From the human T2T-CHM13v2.0 reference genome, Homo sapiens: DNA of 64,000 bases. The stretch lies in NCBI RefSeq assembly GCF_009914755.1, contig NC_060933.1. One strand, 5' to 3'. Both the position numbers and the translations under genes were made by a program. Shown piece after piece: positions 12,491 through 27,717 of the stretch; within the stretch, counting starts at the first letter, position 1, and each line of letters begins with the position of its first letter. Below the pieces are notes generated by a model that worked only from the letters and a program-made list of their open reading frames with translations, ran no database searches and was not told the DNA's origin.

Positions 12491-15294
12491 CAATTTTTCA
12501 AAGCGTCCTTTCGTGATCTTATTTATCCATTCTCTAAACATTTTACGATGACATTGACTTTAGTTTTAACACATTAGAGATTTTCATACATCAAATATAT
12601 ATTGAATAACTGATATATATGAGGCCTAGGTTAAGGTGCTAAAAGGATGCTCTCAGACTTGTATGTATCATTCATTCTGTCTCCATTGGAGTCATCTGTC
12701 ATGCACATATAAATTCAAGACACTTCCCTCTAGCTCTTAGCTTTAATTTCCCTTGGGAATTTCTTTTCATACTGCAGGTGGTCTCATGAACTTTTTGTTA
12801 CACTAGGTATAATGGCCATATTTTCTGAAATAAAAATCAGGATTTACTGTCTAATGGTCTTAAAAATAGTTTGTTTTATGACTTGTGTATTTATTTTAAT
12901 GAAAATACAAAAATAAAATCACCTTTAGTAATAGTTTAATTTAATAAACGTTTTTGAATTCTAAGTCAATGTTAAGGTAAGTTGTAACGGTAAAGCTCTC
13001 TGTGTCTCGGAGGAATTTTGTATAAGTATATGGTTAAAACATTTTCTATGTTGAAAGAGTACATCAGAAAAAGGAAATCAGAGCTGTTCTAGAATATACC
13101 AGGAGTATGATGGGATGCAGTAATACCATGGCAAGGTTAATCAGATAATGGACATATTTCAGTAAATGAACACTTTTCTCAGTGTATTTATATTTTATTT
13201 CAACAGATAAGTAAACAGATTCATCCTCCCAGGCTTATAATCATGGAAGGCAAGCTATGAAACTACTCACTGAAAAATAAAAAATTCCACCAACTTATCT
13301 CCTTAGCTTTAGGGTTACAAGTATAAATAATTCAAAAGAATCTCCAATTAACATGCCCTAAAGCCACTTTAATGCAAACAAGAAGAAATACTGAATTAAT
13401 TTCCTTTACCCTTTAAAGAGGGAAACAATTTATGTTCTTTCTGCCATGAGTAATTCACATTGACTTGGATGTATTAAATTCAAGGTCCAGATATTTCAAT
13501 ATTTTTCCAATTTCTAATGGCTTTGAGCTCTTGGAGGTGGCTACAGCTCTAGCCATGTGTCTCAATAACTTACAGCATTGATTCAGCATATTTTAAGTAA
13601 ATATATACAGCTCAAGGCAAAAATACTGAGCAATTTTCTCATACTTTTCTAGTCCCTAGACCACAGATTTGTGAAGTAGAACCTAATAAAGTAATAATAT
13701 TACTTTATTGTTCTGTTTTCTATCCTCGAACTCCATCACTTTGATGTGATATTAATATATGGAAAATGTAGCTGTAAGAATAAAAAAAATAAAGAATGAC
13801 TTGGCTTTCTTTATAATAGATGCTGTTCATATGAACTAATGAGTTGGGAGAGAGATGCCAATAAATACTGTTTTTGTGCCATTACAATTAACAGCAAGTT
13901 TTGTAGTTTTTCTTTAAAAAGTTACCATATTACTTTAAATGCAGGAGCTGCATGTGTGTACTTAATGTGACAGAATTACAATCTTCTGCACCTATGTAAA
14001 TTTGTGTTTTATGTAGACGCAGAGAGAGAAGAGAGAAGAAAGCCACTAGGTGTAAAACTGGTAGAGTTTTATGAATGTTGGACTCACATCCATGTTCCTG
14101 ATACAAATCATTTCCATGAGTATTTTGTGATATTTGGAGAAATATTATATTTTTATTTTTTTCATGAGATTTCTATCTGGTTAAACAGGAAGTCTAAATT
14201 TAAGGGCAAATATCACATAACCAAGAGAGGAACATTAGCTCCAGAAAGACTATCATGAAGCCTATAATAGAGCCAAGAACTGAGATCCAGCTTAGTGGTA
14301 CCATTCTAAATGATGGTTCTATTCATTCGAAATGATGAAGATTCCTCCCCAAGCATTTGCCTGTACTTTTCATGTAAGTTGATTGAGAAAATGCAAATTT
14401 CATAAGCACTCTTAATTCTGTTCTAAATCAATCTTTGATCATACTGTACCTGTAAGCCTTTAAAAATTGCAGCAAATATGTACAGGCTAAATAATATTTA
14501 TTCAGTCAACATGGACTATACAAATATACACTACTTGTGCTTTTGCAATTAATTACCGTAGCCCATCAGGGTCACTTACTGATTGGTTTGTAATCGTGAT
14601 TTAGATTAGTTGGATTTACCAAGAAAACTCCAAATTCCTTTTTTTTTTTTTTTTTAGTTTGAGGACAGTATTTTCCCTGCCATTGAGTTATAAATATAAT
14701 CCCTCTCATCTCCAGAGAGCACCTGTTAAATTGTGTACCACTAAGGGAGTAAAATACACACAATAATTTTAAAGGTGTACTGCCATGGTTTTCCTGCCAT
14801 TGTCAAACAAAGGAGAGGAAACTTGAACCCTCTTGTGATCAGGCCTTTTTCTGCTCTCTCTACCACAATTCTAAGGAAGAAGGAGCTGCTAATTTGATTA
14901 CTCTAAGCCTGAGATACTAATTAACAATGGACAGAGTTATACTTTTTAAAAAGTTATATCTTCTGCAAACTTTTTCTTGCATTTCTTACTTTGAAGAAGT
15001 CAGAAGAGACAGGCAAGGCTTGTATTCTCAAGACAGACCATTCATATTCATGTGATTCACACTCTCTCTCTTTCTCTTACCCACTCACTCTTCCTTCTTT
15101 CTCCCAGAAATGAGCAAATGCATATTCCTCAAATATTAATTCAGGAGAGGTTGTCTCCTCCTTTCTTGCTTGCTAAATTTACTCTTACTTTCCTTTTTCT
15201 CTCTCTCCCTTCCTTCCTTTCTTCCTTGCTCTATTTTAAAGGTCCAGGTTAGTATTCTGCTTTGCATTCTCATGCTTAATTTTTTTTTTTATCG

Positions 15295-15340
15295 ATTACT
15301 TTCAGTGGCAAAAACTGCAGTTACTTTTGCACCAACCTAA
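15295..15340. mobile_element. Half MADE1 (Hsmar1-derived MITE, miR-548 family sequence)
   Basis: attactttcagtggcaaaaactgcagttacttttgcaccaacctaa followed by TA is one Hsmar1 TIR plus spacer; the other arm is absent. Confidence 0.88.
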
Positions 15341-15464
15341 TAGTTTAGACTTTAACTGGAGTTTAGCTGGTTTCTACCAAAGAAGACACTGTAGCATAAT
15401 GAAAGGAATATGTATTTAGAAGTAATCCAAATTTTGGATTAGCTGAGTAAAATTGAAAATAATA

Positions 15465-15780
15465 ACTTTGAGCTTTGTCTTTCCATCTGAGAAATGGAGA
15501 TAGTATTTTTAATAAAAGTCCTATGACTGCTAAATAAGTCAATATGTATGAAGACAACACCATCGTGAACAGGATTGTTATTAAACTCACTATTTCTCTG
15601 TGTTGAGTAATAAGTACATTATATATACATAATCTCATTAGTTTCATTTACAGCATAGGAAAATGAGACTAAAAAAACTTCAATATTTTGTCTAAGTTAG
15701 CATGGCAAATGAGGGGCAGAGTTAGGATTTGAACCCGTTTGACATATTCTAAAGCCTAGACTCTCAACTGCTATCTGCTA
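15465..15780. mobile_element. Two opposed MIR fragments
   Basis: ccatctgagaaatggagatagt on +; ggaaaatgagact…gcagagttaggatttgaaccc on -. Confidence 0.55.
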
Positions 15781-15992
15781 TGGCCTCCTACATGTTCCTT
15801 CTTTTGATAAAACTGGTTTCTTTCATTCTGTTCATGTACGATGTACATATGAACTGGATTTAGAAAAAAATTGTGTATCTTCCTATAGTTTTGGGTATCT
15901 AAAGATTCTTGTCTATATACATATACATACACATGCATATACTGAATGTTAATTTTAATCATGTAAAGTATGCATCCATATATCAACTAGAT

Positions 15993-16200
15993 CTGCATTG
16001 ATCAATACAGTAGCTTCCAGTTATAAGTAGCTACTTAAATTTAAGATAAATAAAATTAAATAAAATTTAAAAATCAAACCCTCAGTCACACTAGCCACAT
16101 TTCAAGTACTCAAAAGCCACATGAGGTTAGTACCTACCATACTGAATAGCACAGACATAGGACAGTTCCATCATTGCAGAAAGTTTTACTGACAGCACTG
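15993..16200 (-). mobile_element. MER3 hAT-Charlie MITE
   Basis: ~208 bp; ctcagtcacactagccacatttcaagtactcaaaagccacatg…ccatcattgcagaaagtt…gacagcactg. Confidence 0.85.
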
Positions 16201-19200
16201 AACCAGATACATTTCAATGAGAATGTGAATAAATTTGTTTATCAAGGAATTTGTCTATAACAAATCCTTTGTCATAGTAGAGAAAGCACTTACTTTGAAA
16301 ATTCTCATACTGGATCCTTACACACACATACACACTCAATTATGCAGACCAAATATACAGAGAACTAAAATTTATCTGTAATTTTTTCATGGTCACTCTG
16401 AATCTGAAACTGTATGCAAAGTTTTGCCCTGTGCAATGACATTTGTAAGCAAAGCATAGCAAACACATTCTTATGTTATTACTCACCCACTTCAACAGAT
16501 TCTACTCTTGGACACTTCAAAATACATGCCTTCAAAGCTAAGTAAACATTAGTCATCCTCATTAAATGAAAGTTCCTAGAGAGTTCAATTTGTTGGAGAA
16601 TCTTCAATAAAGGAGGATGGAAGTAGAGTTATTTTAGGAACCCCTGTGTTTTTCTAGAAAAAAAATTAACAAGGCAGGATAGATGGTATTCTGATGTATT
16701 GAGCCAATCTTCAGAAATAGTCCATGCAGCCACAAAAATACAGAAAATGAAAAGCCAGAGTGATCAAACAATTTCAAGGAAATAAACAGATAAGCACAAA
16801 AATTGAAATAAGCCAGCATGCCTTTCTTCTGCCTGGTTTTCTAATTATCTATTTGGCAACTAGTGATAGAATAGTGACTTATTAAGAAGCAAACACATTT
16901 TTCCTGGATCCTTTTTTTTCTCTTTAAAAGAAGCAGAGGACATTTGTATAATAAACATTTATCTTCCCTTTCTTCTTCTCTATTAGTCAATAAATGTAAA
17001 ATTATTATCTAGCTCAGTTTATAAGTGGTCACTTATGAAATACTTAATAAAAATAAATATCTCTAGGAATCACCAGACATCATAAATATTCTCAGTGGTT
17101 ATATATTTATTTTAAACATTTTATGTTAGTACTGGATTCCTTTACCTCTGAAAAAATGGCTTTTATAAACTTACACTCCACACAGTATGGTGAATTTGCT
17201 CGATGGAAAAAATGGCAATCCTTTAGCTTGCATTATTTGCAATTAAAGTACGCAGTGTTCCCTAATTCAATCCTCAATTTTATATTTTAAAAGAACAGAC
17301 CAAGCTTTACTTTTAGACATACATCTTAAATGTGCTCAGAAGACACAGGAGGATTTTTTGACTTATATCTTAGAAGATATGAGGAAATTAATCAAAAAAA
17401 TATATTTTCCTACTTGAACAAAACTTTGAAGTATTAGATAGGAGGATACAATTTTAATATTGGAGTAGAGAGAAAGTAAGAGCTATCGAAAGAAGTTTCA
17501 AAAATTATGTCAGCATCTTTCATAGTAAATCTAAACTTTGCTTGAGTAAGAAATTCTTTATACTTTCATGCAGAAAAGCAATGGAACAAAATTGCTGATG
17601 GACCATGACATTCTCTTTGCCTGAACAAAGAGACAGCTGATAATAGTGAAAGTTGTACAGGTATTCAAGGCAGTCATTCCCAATCATTTGTCAACCTCAG
17701 TTTCCAAGGATGTTGTGTCAGTTTGCAAAGTCTTGTCTACACTTGAAAATACACTAAAGGATTCTTCTGTCTACCCGAAGAAAATTTGTTCAATTCCAAC
17801 TATTGAATTCCATTATCTTTAGAGAAAAATCTTAGAATGTGTTTCAGAAAAGTCCCTCAGGGAGCTTTTCCAACTCCATATGAATGACAATACAAAGATG
17901 GTACTATAGGTCCATCTGGCCCATTTTCTCATTTTCTTTCCCATTAGCCTGTAGAATTTACTAGGAGCCCACAGAGGTATAGCTCTATAATAGGGGAATA
18001 CTAAGAAAATAGTGTCATCTACTAATGTAGCTATTTTATATATGAAGGAAACAGAAAAGCTGTAAGGTATAATTGTCCAAATGTAAGTGTAAATTCATGC
18101 TCTGCAAGTAGAGCCAATGGTACCCACATGCTCTACTCTCTTTTGGCAATGTGATGCTAGAGTAAAAAAGATACTAATCACAGAATGGAAACAAATCAGC
18201 TTATTTCCCAATCTTTCTATAAAATGTAATTTAATTATAAACACACAGTAAGTATATATTCCAAAACTCTAAAAACTGGTGTTTAAATGTGAGCACCAGA
18301 GGGATTAAATGACATGTTCTGTACATCCTTCTTGTTTTTTTAAGGACATGGGGAATTTTAAAAGTGAAGAGATCCTCTTTCTTCTACAGGAAATGTCATA
18401 ATTCTTCTCATGGTTTATTGGCCATAAACAAGGCAGGGATATCCTGAGAATGGCTGATATTGCTGCTTCTCTATTATCAGGGCCAGGACGCTACCTGATC
18501 AAGATACCCTCAAAAGCCAGAAAATAATTTCAGAGGTGGGTTATATAGCTATGATATCTAACAATAACATTCTCCTTTAGAATTTCCCATTTCATATAGA
18601 AAAATAAAATACAGAGAGGTCAAAAGTTTACACTTGAAAGAACAGGACATAGTAGAAGGGAAAAGTGCTGGGTAAAGTGTATCTTATAAATTACTGGAGG
18701 AAAATATGGGCAGTTGGCGATGATTGTGGAAGTTTAAAGAATCAATGATTAGAAGTCAAGAGGTAAAAATGTTGCGCATATAGCAGTGATAAATTGAAAT
18801 CTATGCTCATTTGCACATGGGAATTAGAACCTTTATATTTTAAAAAAAGCATTCATTGTGGTGCTTAAATCACATTTTTTGAGCTGGAAGAGCAAGTGAA
18901 TATTTTCTTTTCATGTATTGATTGGTTCAATTTAATCAAACAACTGGGAGGCCACAATAAATTCAGTAAAAAAAAATGTTAGTCAAGGGTTGTGCATGTG
19001 TCTTTGTGTGTGTGTGTGAACTGAATCGATGGAAGTGTCTAATCCATTATATCAACATGGTTATGGCAGCACATAAAATACGCGGGACCAGAACTCCATC
19101 ATAGAAACACTCTTCATAGTCACGGTATTGATTTCAATTATGATATCTTTCTTGCTAATGCATTCTGTGCACCTGTCGGTTGGCAGAGAAAACAGACTTA

Positions 19201-21844
19201 AATCAAACTGAAAGCCATACCTGCAGCAAAAAAAGGCTTCATGTAGCCCAGAGAAAGAATAAAGAAGCAAACACTGTGAGCTATGAGAGTCACTCAGAGA
19301 AATGTGCTCAATGGCATGGAGTTTTAAATTGCCCATAAAAAATGAACACATTAGCCATCTTTTGCTCTTTTGGCACTTCTGCAATTGACATTACCCCTGT
19401 CTGGTGTGTTAAGACTGGGAGAACTAAGCTGGAAAATGTGATAGCAAATCCTTAACTCAAGCAGCAGTATATGGGACAGGCTGTTAAACTGTCATGTTAG
19501 TGGAAGGCATAAATGCCAACATTATTTTAGAATGATTTATTACATCCACAACAGTCAAAATAAATAAATGTGGCCTCATAGTCCACAACCCATGGATAGC
19601 TTTTCTAATTCAGGATTTTGCAGATGACATTTTCAACTAGGATAAAATTTTGGACCTTTTAAAAACAAAAGACAGAATTTTGTTGGGATTTTCTGAAGTT
19701 CTAAGCATATTATTTCAATGATTCTGGGAGGAGTGGTTGTTAGTAAAAAGGTGCTATCAAATAGTTAAATGAAGAAAGAGTAGAAAAAAGAATGTGTAGC
19801 ATAACTCACTTATATATCCATCTCTACAGAAAGAGCAATTGCAATGGCGGTTGCATTGTAAAATGTCTTCAATATGATTTTCGTGTTGACAACATAACCA
19901 TCACTACAGATAAACTCCCACTGACCATAAATTGCAAATGAAGCAAAACTATTTGAGTTGAGAATGCAATCCAAAAATTATATCTATTTAAATATTCATT
20001 TTTTGAGAATTTATGGAATACAGTACATTATCTATTGGGATTTTTTCCCCCTAAATACAGCAAGGACTTCCACTGGCAGCAATATTTCTTAGAACTAAAA
20101 TGGCTCATTTATGATCATTATTGAAGTCACTACATTTTATAGTTTGTCACTTTTAAAATAAAATACCATTTATTCAAATAAATGGATCTGTAAGTTAGAA
20201 ATTTCCCATCATATAAAAGAAAAAAGATATCGGGTGATATTCAGGTGATATTTTAAACTTTATTCTCTTGCGCACATGAAATTTCAATTTACATGCCAAC
20301 ATCCTTCACATTATATAAACTAAACAGAAAATGGCATAAAAAACTGTAATGCCCTTGTTTTGCATCAATGAGAAAAGCAAGGAATAGACATTTATTAATG
20401 TAGTTACACAAATCATCAGTGCTGATGTCAATAAATTCATGATAAAATATATAATATGTAATATACTAAATGTATACATATAATATAAATAATACTACAT
20501 ATTATATACTGTATATATACTATATGTGAATTGATTGAGTGGTGTATTATTTTTATGTAGTTTATTTTTTAAGTTACAATACCTTACTTGGAATGAACTT
20601 CTGAAATAAGAAATTCTAGTAAAATTAATTAGGTAATTTATCCTTTAAGTTAAACACCAAATAGAAATTAAATAGTTCCTGTGCCTATTGTGGTTAATAC
20701 ACTGTTAAAATATTTCTAAAGAATTTTTCAAGTTGTGAAAATAAAGACAACTGAAATCAAGATTCACAAAAAAAAGAAAAAGAAAATATTTGATAAGTTT
20801 GTGCATGTGTTCTAAACATAGCACTCCTGTTCATACCCTTATGCATGACTGTTTTCACAGTTTTCTCTATAAGAGCAAACACCACCATAGAAAAGACACT
20901 TTTTGAAGAGAGTCTTGGAAGTCTTATTTTTTTCTGAAATGTTTTCTTCATATTTTTCTTCTTCTAATGTCCTTATTTTCCCATAGTTTATATTGTCTCC
21001 TTTATTGCCTTGATGTCCAAAATAGCCTTCACATTCTGACTCCCATAAAAGATATTTGGTGACTTATAATGGGTCTTGGTCCGAAAGACCCCTTCTAACA
21101 TTTTAGCTGTCAGTTATTGAGAAAGTATATGACTTCATGAAATAGGAACTGCTTTTAAAGTGCAGGATCAACAACCGCAAACATAATATGACCACAAAAA
21201 GTGGGGTATATTATTTTGAGATAATTGTTTGCAGAAATAAGGTACCTAGGTTTGAAAAACTAGAATAATTATCTATTATAAGAATTAAGATATCCTAAGG
21301 ACATAATTTGGAAAAAGAGGAGGGAGATATATTCTTAAAATGGTCTAAAATATAGATTAAACATAAAGTCTAATTTGGAAAGGGACAGAGATGAAGATCA
21401 AGTTATAGATTTGTAGATGTAGATTTGAAGACTAGGGTCTGGATTCTAATTCTAATATCATAATTATATTATATTATAAATATATATAATTCTAATATAA
21501 CATTATCAAATAATACTAAATATAGTATCAAATATCAAATGTATCAAATAATATCAAACAATAATATAGTAATACAATAACTCTATTATACAGTTCCTAC
21601 ATGGAATTAAGAATTTAATCTTGAATTTCTAATTTTTTTTTTTAGTTATGGAAATTTGGATAGAATCTGTAAAAGAAAAATGAGGTCCCTAAGCTAGTTA
21701 AGTATGCACTTACGAAGTGGACCATGCCCTCCAGTGACTTGATATAACACACTATCTAGTAATCTTGGCCAGTCTGCTTCCTAGAAAACCAGTTCTGTCC
21801 ACATCACCAAAACCAAGCCTGTTCTGAAGTGGAAAAGTCACATG

Positions 21845-22172
21845 TTCTCCACGATAAAGAACAGACGTGACAAAGCCATGGCCTCTAATAATTTTGTATC
21901 ATCTCACAGCCCAATATCCCGTGCCACAACCTACCTTCTATAAATAGATTTCTGCTCTGGACTTTGAGTGGAGAACATGAGACCCTGATATTCTAATGTT
22001 TAACTATATTCTCCACCATGAAGGACAAAGCTGAAGAAGCCATGGCTTCTAAGAATTTTGTACAATTTCACAGCCCAATGTCTCATGCCACAACCTACCT
22101 CCTATAACTGGATTTCTGCCCTGGGCATTGGGTGAAGGCCATGAGACCCTGATATGCTAATGTTTCACTATT
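21845..22172. repeat. Two-copy diverged tandem duplication, period 164 bp
   Basis: ttctccac starts at 21845 and 22009; catgagaccctgata at 21976 and 22140; roughly 83% identity by eye with no gaps. Confidence 0.93.
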
Positions 22173-23230
22173 CCCTGCCTGGAATTTAAAGTTCTTCCTG
22201 AGGCTCCATTCCATAGCAAATAGCCCATTTGCCATTTCAGACACAAGAATAAGGTTTCTACTTCTGAGTGCCACTTATTTCAAATTTTCTGAGACTATAA
22301 TTTGCACGTTAGCTTGGATAACCTGAAACTTGTCTTCACTAGTGACCATTTGCCAGAAATTCTAATCATTTAGTCCTTTAAATAATAACACATGCAGGCA
22401 GACACCCAGTTTTCAGGCAGCATTTGCAGCCGGATTAGCTTTTGCAGAACCAGGACAACTTGACCCTATGAATATCATTCCTTAGTGGCCCTATCCTGTT
22501 AACTATTGCCTGACAATTCTCTAAATTCAACTGAAGTTAAGAAGTATTTGTGGATGTCTTTTTGTGCCAGGCAGGCACCCATGTAGGCCCTAGAAAGACA
22601 TAATTCTTGCTTTCAAAAAGCTTAATATTCAGAAAAACTAACGAGTGGCTTTCTGCATACTTGCTCTTTCTTTAGCCTGCATAAAAAATGGGGCTTCTTG
22701 TTCAGTTACACTCTTTTATATTTCAAAATGATGGATATGCTTGCCTTATTCCTTATTTTAGAGGTTCTTTTTTAAGGTCTCATAAATAGCAAGAATAATG
22801 CCAAGTAAAATTTCATATTATTGCTCTCAAATTGTCAATACATTTATTTCTCTTGTTGGAAGCAATGTGAATACCTATTCCTTAAATTATAATTTTCCTA
22901 CAGAATGCCTGTCACATAGATCTTTTATCAAGATTATATTAAGGTTCTGTTTTGGCAAATCAGTTTAACTTCTTTCACAAAGCTATCATGAAACATAGTC
23001 TAGATATGTGGCTTTTCTAGCTGTGAATTCGTAGGTTTATACCCTTCATAGTTAGTTATGCATGTTGTAGAACAGCATTTACAAAGTATGTTCTATTGAA
23101 CAGTGGAGCTGCTGCATAGTCTGTGCAAAGAGATTTTCACAGACAAATTATATTGTGAAATGCTACATACTATGTTTTCCTCCTGGAGATTCATAACAAA
23201 GATTAAAATATTAAAAATTCTAAGTATGGT

Positions 23231-23598
23231 CAGTCTGCTGTATCCAAGAGATCTATATATGCTGATTCAACCAGCTACAGATCATATTTTTAAAATTCCA
23301 GAAAATATTACTTTCTGGATGACATGAACTAGGATGGTTACATGTATACTGAGCCTGCACAAAGTTTTTTTCTGGTCATTATTATTCCATACACAGTGCA
23401 GTATAACAACAACTTACATAGAGTTTACATTGTATAAGGTATTATATGTAATCTAGAGATGACTTTAAGTTTACAGGAGGATGTATGTATGTTATATGCC
23501 AATACTATGCCATTTCATATAAGGGACTAGAGAGTCTGGGATTTTCATAACTCTGGGAGTCCTGGAACCAATTCCCTGTGGATACTGAGGGATGACTG
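23231..23598 (-). mobile_element. MER2 (TcMar-Tigger) MITE
   Basis: Ends gtcctggaaccaattccctgtggatactgagggatgactg followed by TA; internal aatctagagatg…aggaggatgt. Confidence 0.85.
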
Positions 23599-24264
23599 TA
23601 GTCCTTTGGAAAAGAAACTGGTTGAATTTTAACACAACATTTTTCAAACTCTTTCAACCATAAGTCCTTTAAAAAGTATAATACTGGCTTTCAGAACAGG
23701 TTCACCATTTAAAATCATCTTGTTTGTCCGTTATCACACAAAAGCAAGTTCTATGAGAAAATAAGACTCCTGGGTACCAGGAGCACACAGTAGGATGTCA
23801 TATAAACAGATCCAAATGAAGAATAAAATGCTGCTATGGATATTTTTTTAGAAGTAGTGTTATTTGGATTTATTTAGAAATGTTTTTGACTAAAGGCTCT
23901 GAATACGGCTTAAAAAGAGTTGAACTTTTCAGATTTTTCAGATCAACTTTAAAAAGGATGCCTTTATTGCTAACTTACTCATTTGGTGGGTTGGTTACAA
24001 GTTCATTTCTCATATGGGTCAGTTTACATTGTTCCAATCTACAAAGACCCTACATTCTAGAGCTCTGATCTATCAAATCACCAGATATATCAGAAATGCC
24101 TACCATCGGTCTCCAGAAAAATTGAGGTGTAGATGCCACTAAGTCCATGCCAGATCTGTATCTCCATTGCAAAACAAGCAAGCAAAACAACCAAGTAACA
24201 CCTCCACCCCAAAGGAAAAAAACCCAAACAAACAAAAATTCTGGGTCAAATAAAGATGTCAATC

Positions 24265-24810
24265 AAATATGTAATTACAGTTAGTAGGAATAAATTCAAG
24301 AGATCCATTGTATAGCATGGTGACTATAGTTAATGACAATATATTGCATTCTTCAAAAATGCAAAGATAGGCCGGATGCGGTGGCTCACGCCTGTAATCC
24401 CAGCACTTTGGGAGGCTGAGGCGGGTGGATCACGAGGTCAGGAGATCGAAACCATCCTCGCTAACACGGTGAAACCCCGTCTCTACTAAAAATAGAAAAA
24501 ATTAGCCGGGCGTGGTGGCGGGCGCCTGTAAGGTCCCAGCTACTTGGAGGCTGAGGCAGGAGAATGGCGTGAACCCAGGAGGCGGAGCTTGCAGTGAGCG
24601 GAGATGGCGCCACTGCAGTCCAGCCTGGGTGACAGAGCGAGACCCCGTCTAAAAAAAAAAAAAAAAAAAAAAAGCAAAGATAGAGGACATTAAGTGTTCT
24701 CACCACAAAAATGATAATTGTGAGATAATGAATGTTAATTAGCTAAATTTAATTATTACACATGTATGTATACTTCAAATCATCATGTTTTACGCAGTAA
24801 ATATATAATA
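24265..24810 (+). mobile_element. L1MA8/9-like 3' end, split by AluY
   Basis: aggaataaattcaagagatc…gcatggtgactatagttaat…gtgttctcaccacaaaa. Confidence 0.7.
24370..24673 (+). mobile_element. AluY
   Basis: gagatcga, gctaacacgg, gaatggcgtgaacc, gcggagcttgcag; TSD gcaaagata at 24361-24369 / 24674-24682. Confidence 0.96.
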
Positions 24811-26039
24811 AAAATACATTTGCTACTCCTAATTGGAAGTAGAGGGAAGGTGTTGGGATCCGACTTAAAAAAAGCATATGATTTGGTGGTTCATAAATAA
24901 TCAGGCAAGTTTAGAAATTACTGGTAATAAAGGGAGATATTAAACTTTCCAATTACTTGTCCAATTTAAAATTATAGACACTGAATTGCAACTGAATTGC
25001 AGCTATTTTTAGACAAATGACAAAACTAAGATATTTAATGCTTTACTTTTACAACATATAAAAGATGAAGAAATGCTCTGAGTAGATCCCTGATCATTCT
25101 TCTAGATTCAGAAAGTGTCTTCATTACCTCAATTTCATCTCACATTCACTGATATACCAAGTTATCCATGACTTTAAGATATATACTTGCTTCTTTCCAA
25201 CAGGATATACTAATTTCTGTTTTTAGATTTCCTTCAGAGTAAGTTAATATTTTAGCTAAAGCACTTCCACCTCTGAATATTCCGGTCTAAATCCATTTTG
25301 AAAAACTAGCCCTCACAACATTCATTAGAAAATTGTATTTGTATTATCTTTTGTGAGATGTGCTATGGGTTTAGAGATATGTTATGAATCCTACTCAAAA
25401 GGAAAAATCCAGAAGCATGAATATATTCATTTTACAAATAAAAAAATTATAGAACAAAGGAAGATAAAAATATACACCTGAACATTTTTCTCATTTGATT
25501 AATTATTCAACTGTAACATTTGTAGAAGAAATATTTCCCATTCAGTAATTCTGAATTCAACTGTGATAAAAATGTGGCAAATGTGAGGAGGCACTGAATA
25601 TTTCTTTTTAAATATTGCTGTAACTTGGTATAAGTGTAATTTAAATAGTGCATGAAAATAAATGGCATTTTCAGGTATTATATGACATTGTTCCCATAAA
25701 ATTCCAGTCTAAGTCATAAATCACAGCTTTTGAATCGAATACCTATATGTGCTAATGCATTTCTAACAAATAACTCTTTTTTACTACAAAAAACCCATTG
25801 GCATACAGAATTTTATAATCAGAGGTTCCCAGCTGCTCACCTTAAATTAAAACTTGACTTAGGTAAAGGCAAAATTTAAAAAAAAAAAAGTCAGCATTAC
25901 CTTAGGTTTTATACTGAGTCACATTTCGAATCTAATAAAAATTAGGCATTTGTTTCTTAGTCTGAATCACAGGCATTTCCAAGGATAATTGAGCCTATTT
26001 GATTTGGTTTAATAACTATTTGGATGATTCCAAATGCGC

Positions 26040-27712
<1,673 letters not shown>

Positions 27713-27717
27713 CAGAA

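Noticed and set aside
21071-21091. 7-bp stem hairpin gggtctt-ggtccga-aagaccc with a Y-RNA-like tggtccga core
   Set aside because: The match is too short and the rest of a Y RNA is absent
23970-24262. Minus-strand ORF and GTAAGT donor
   Set aside because: No good acceptor, unrecognised peptide, consistent with chance
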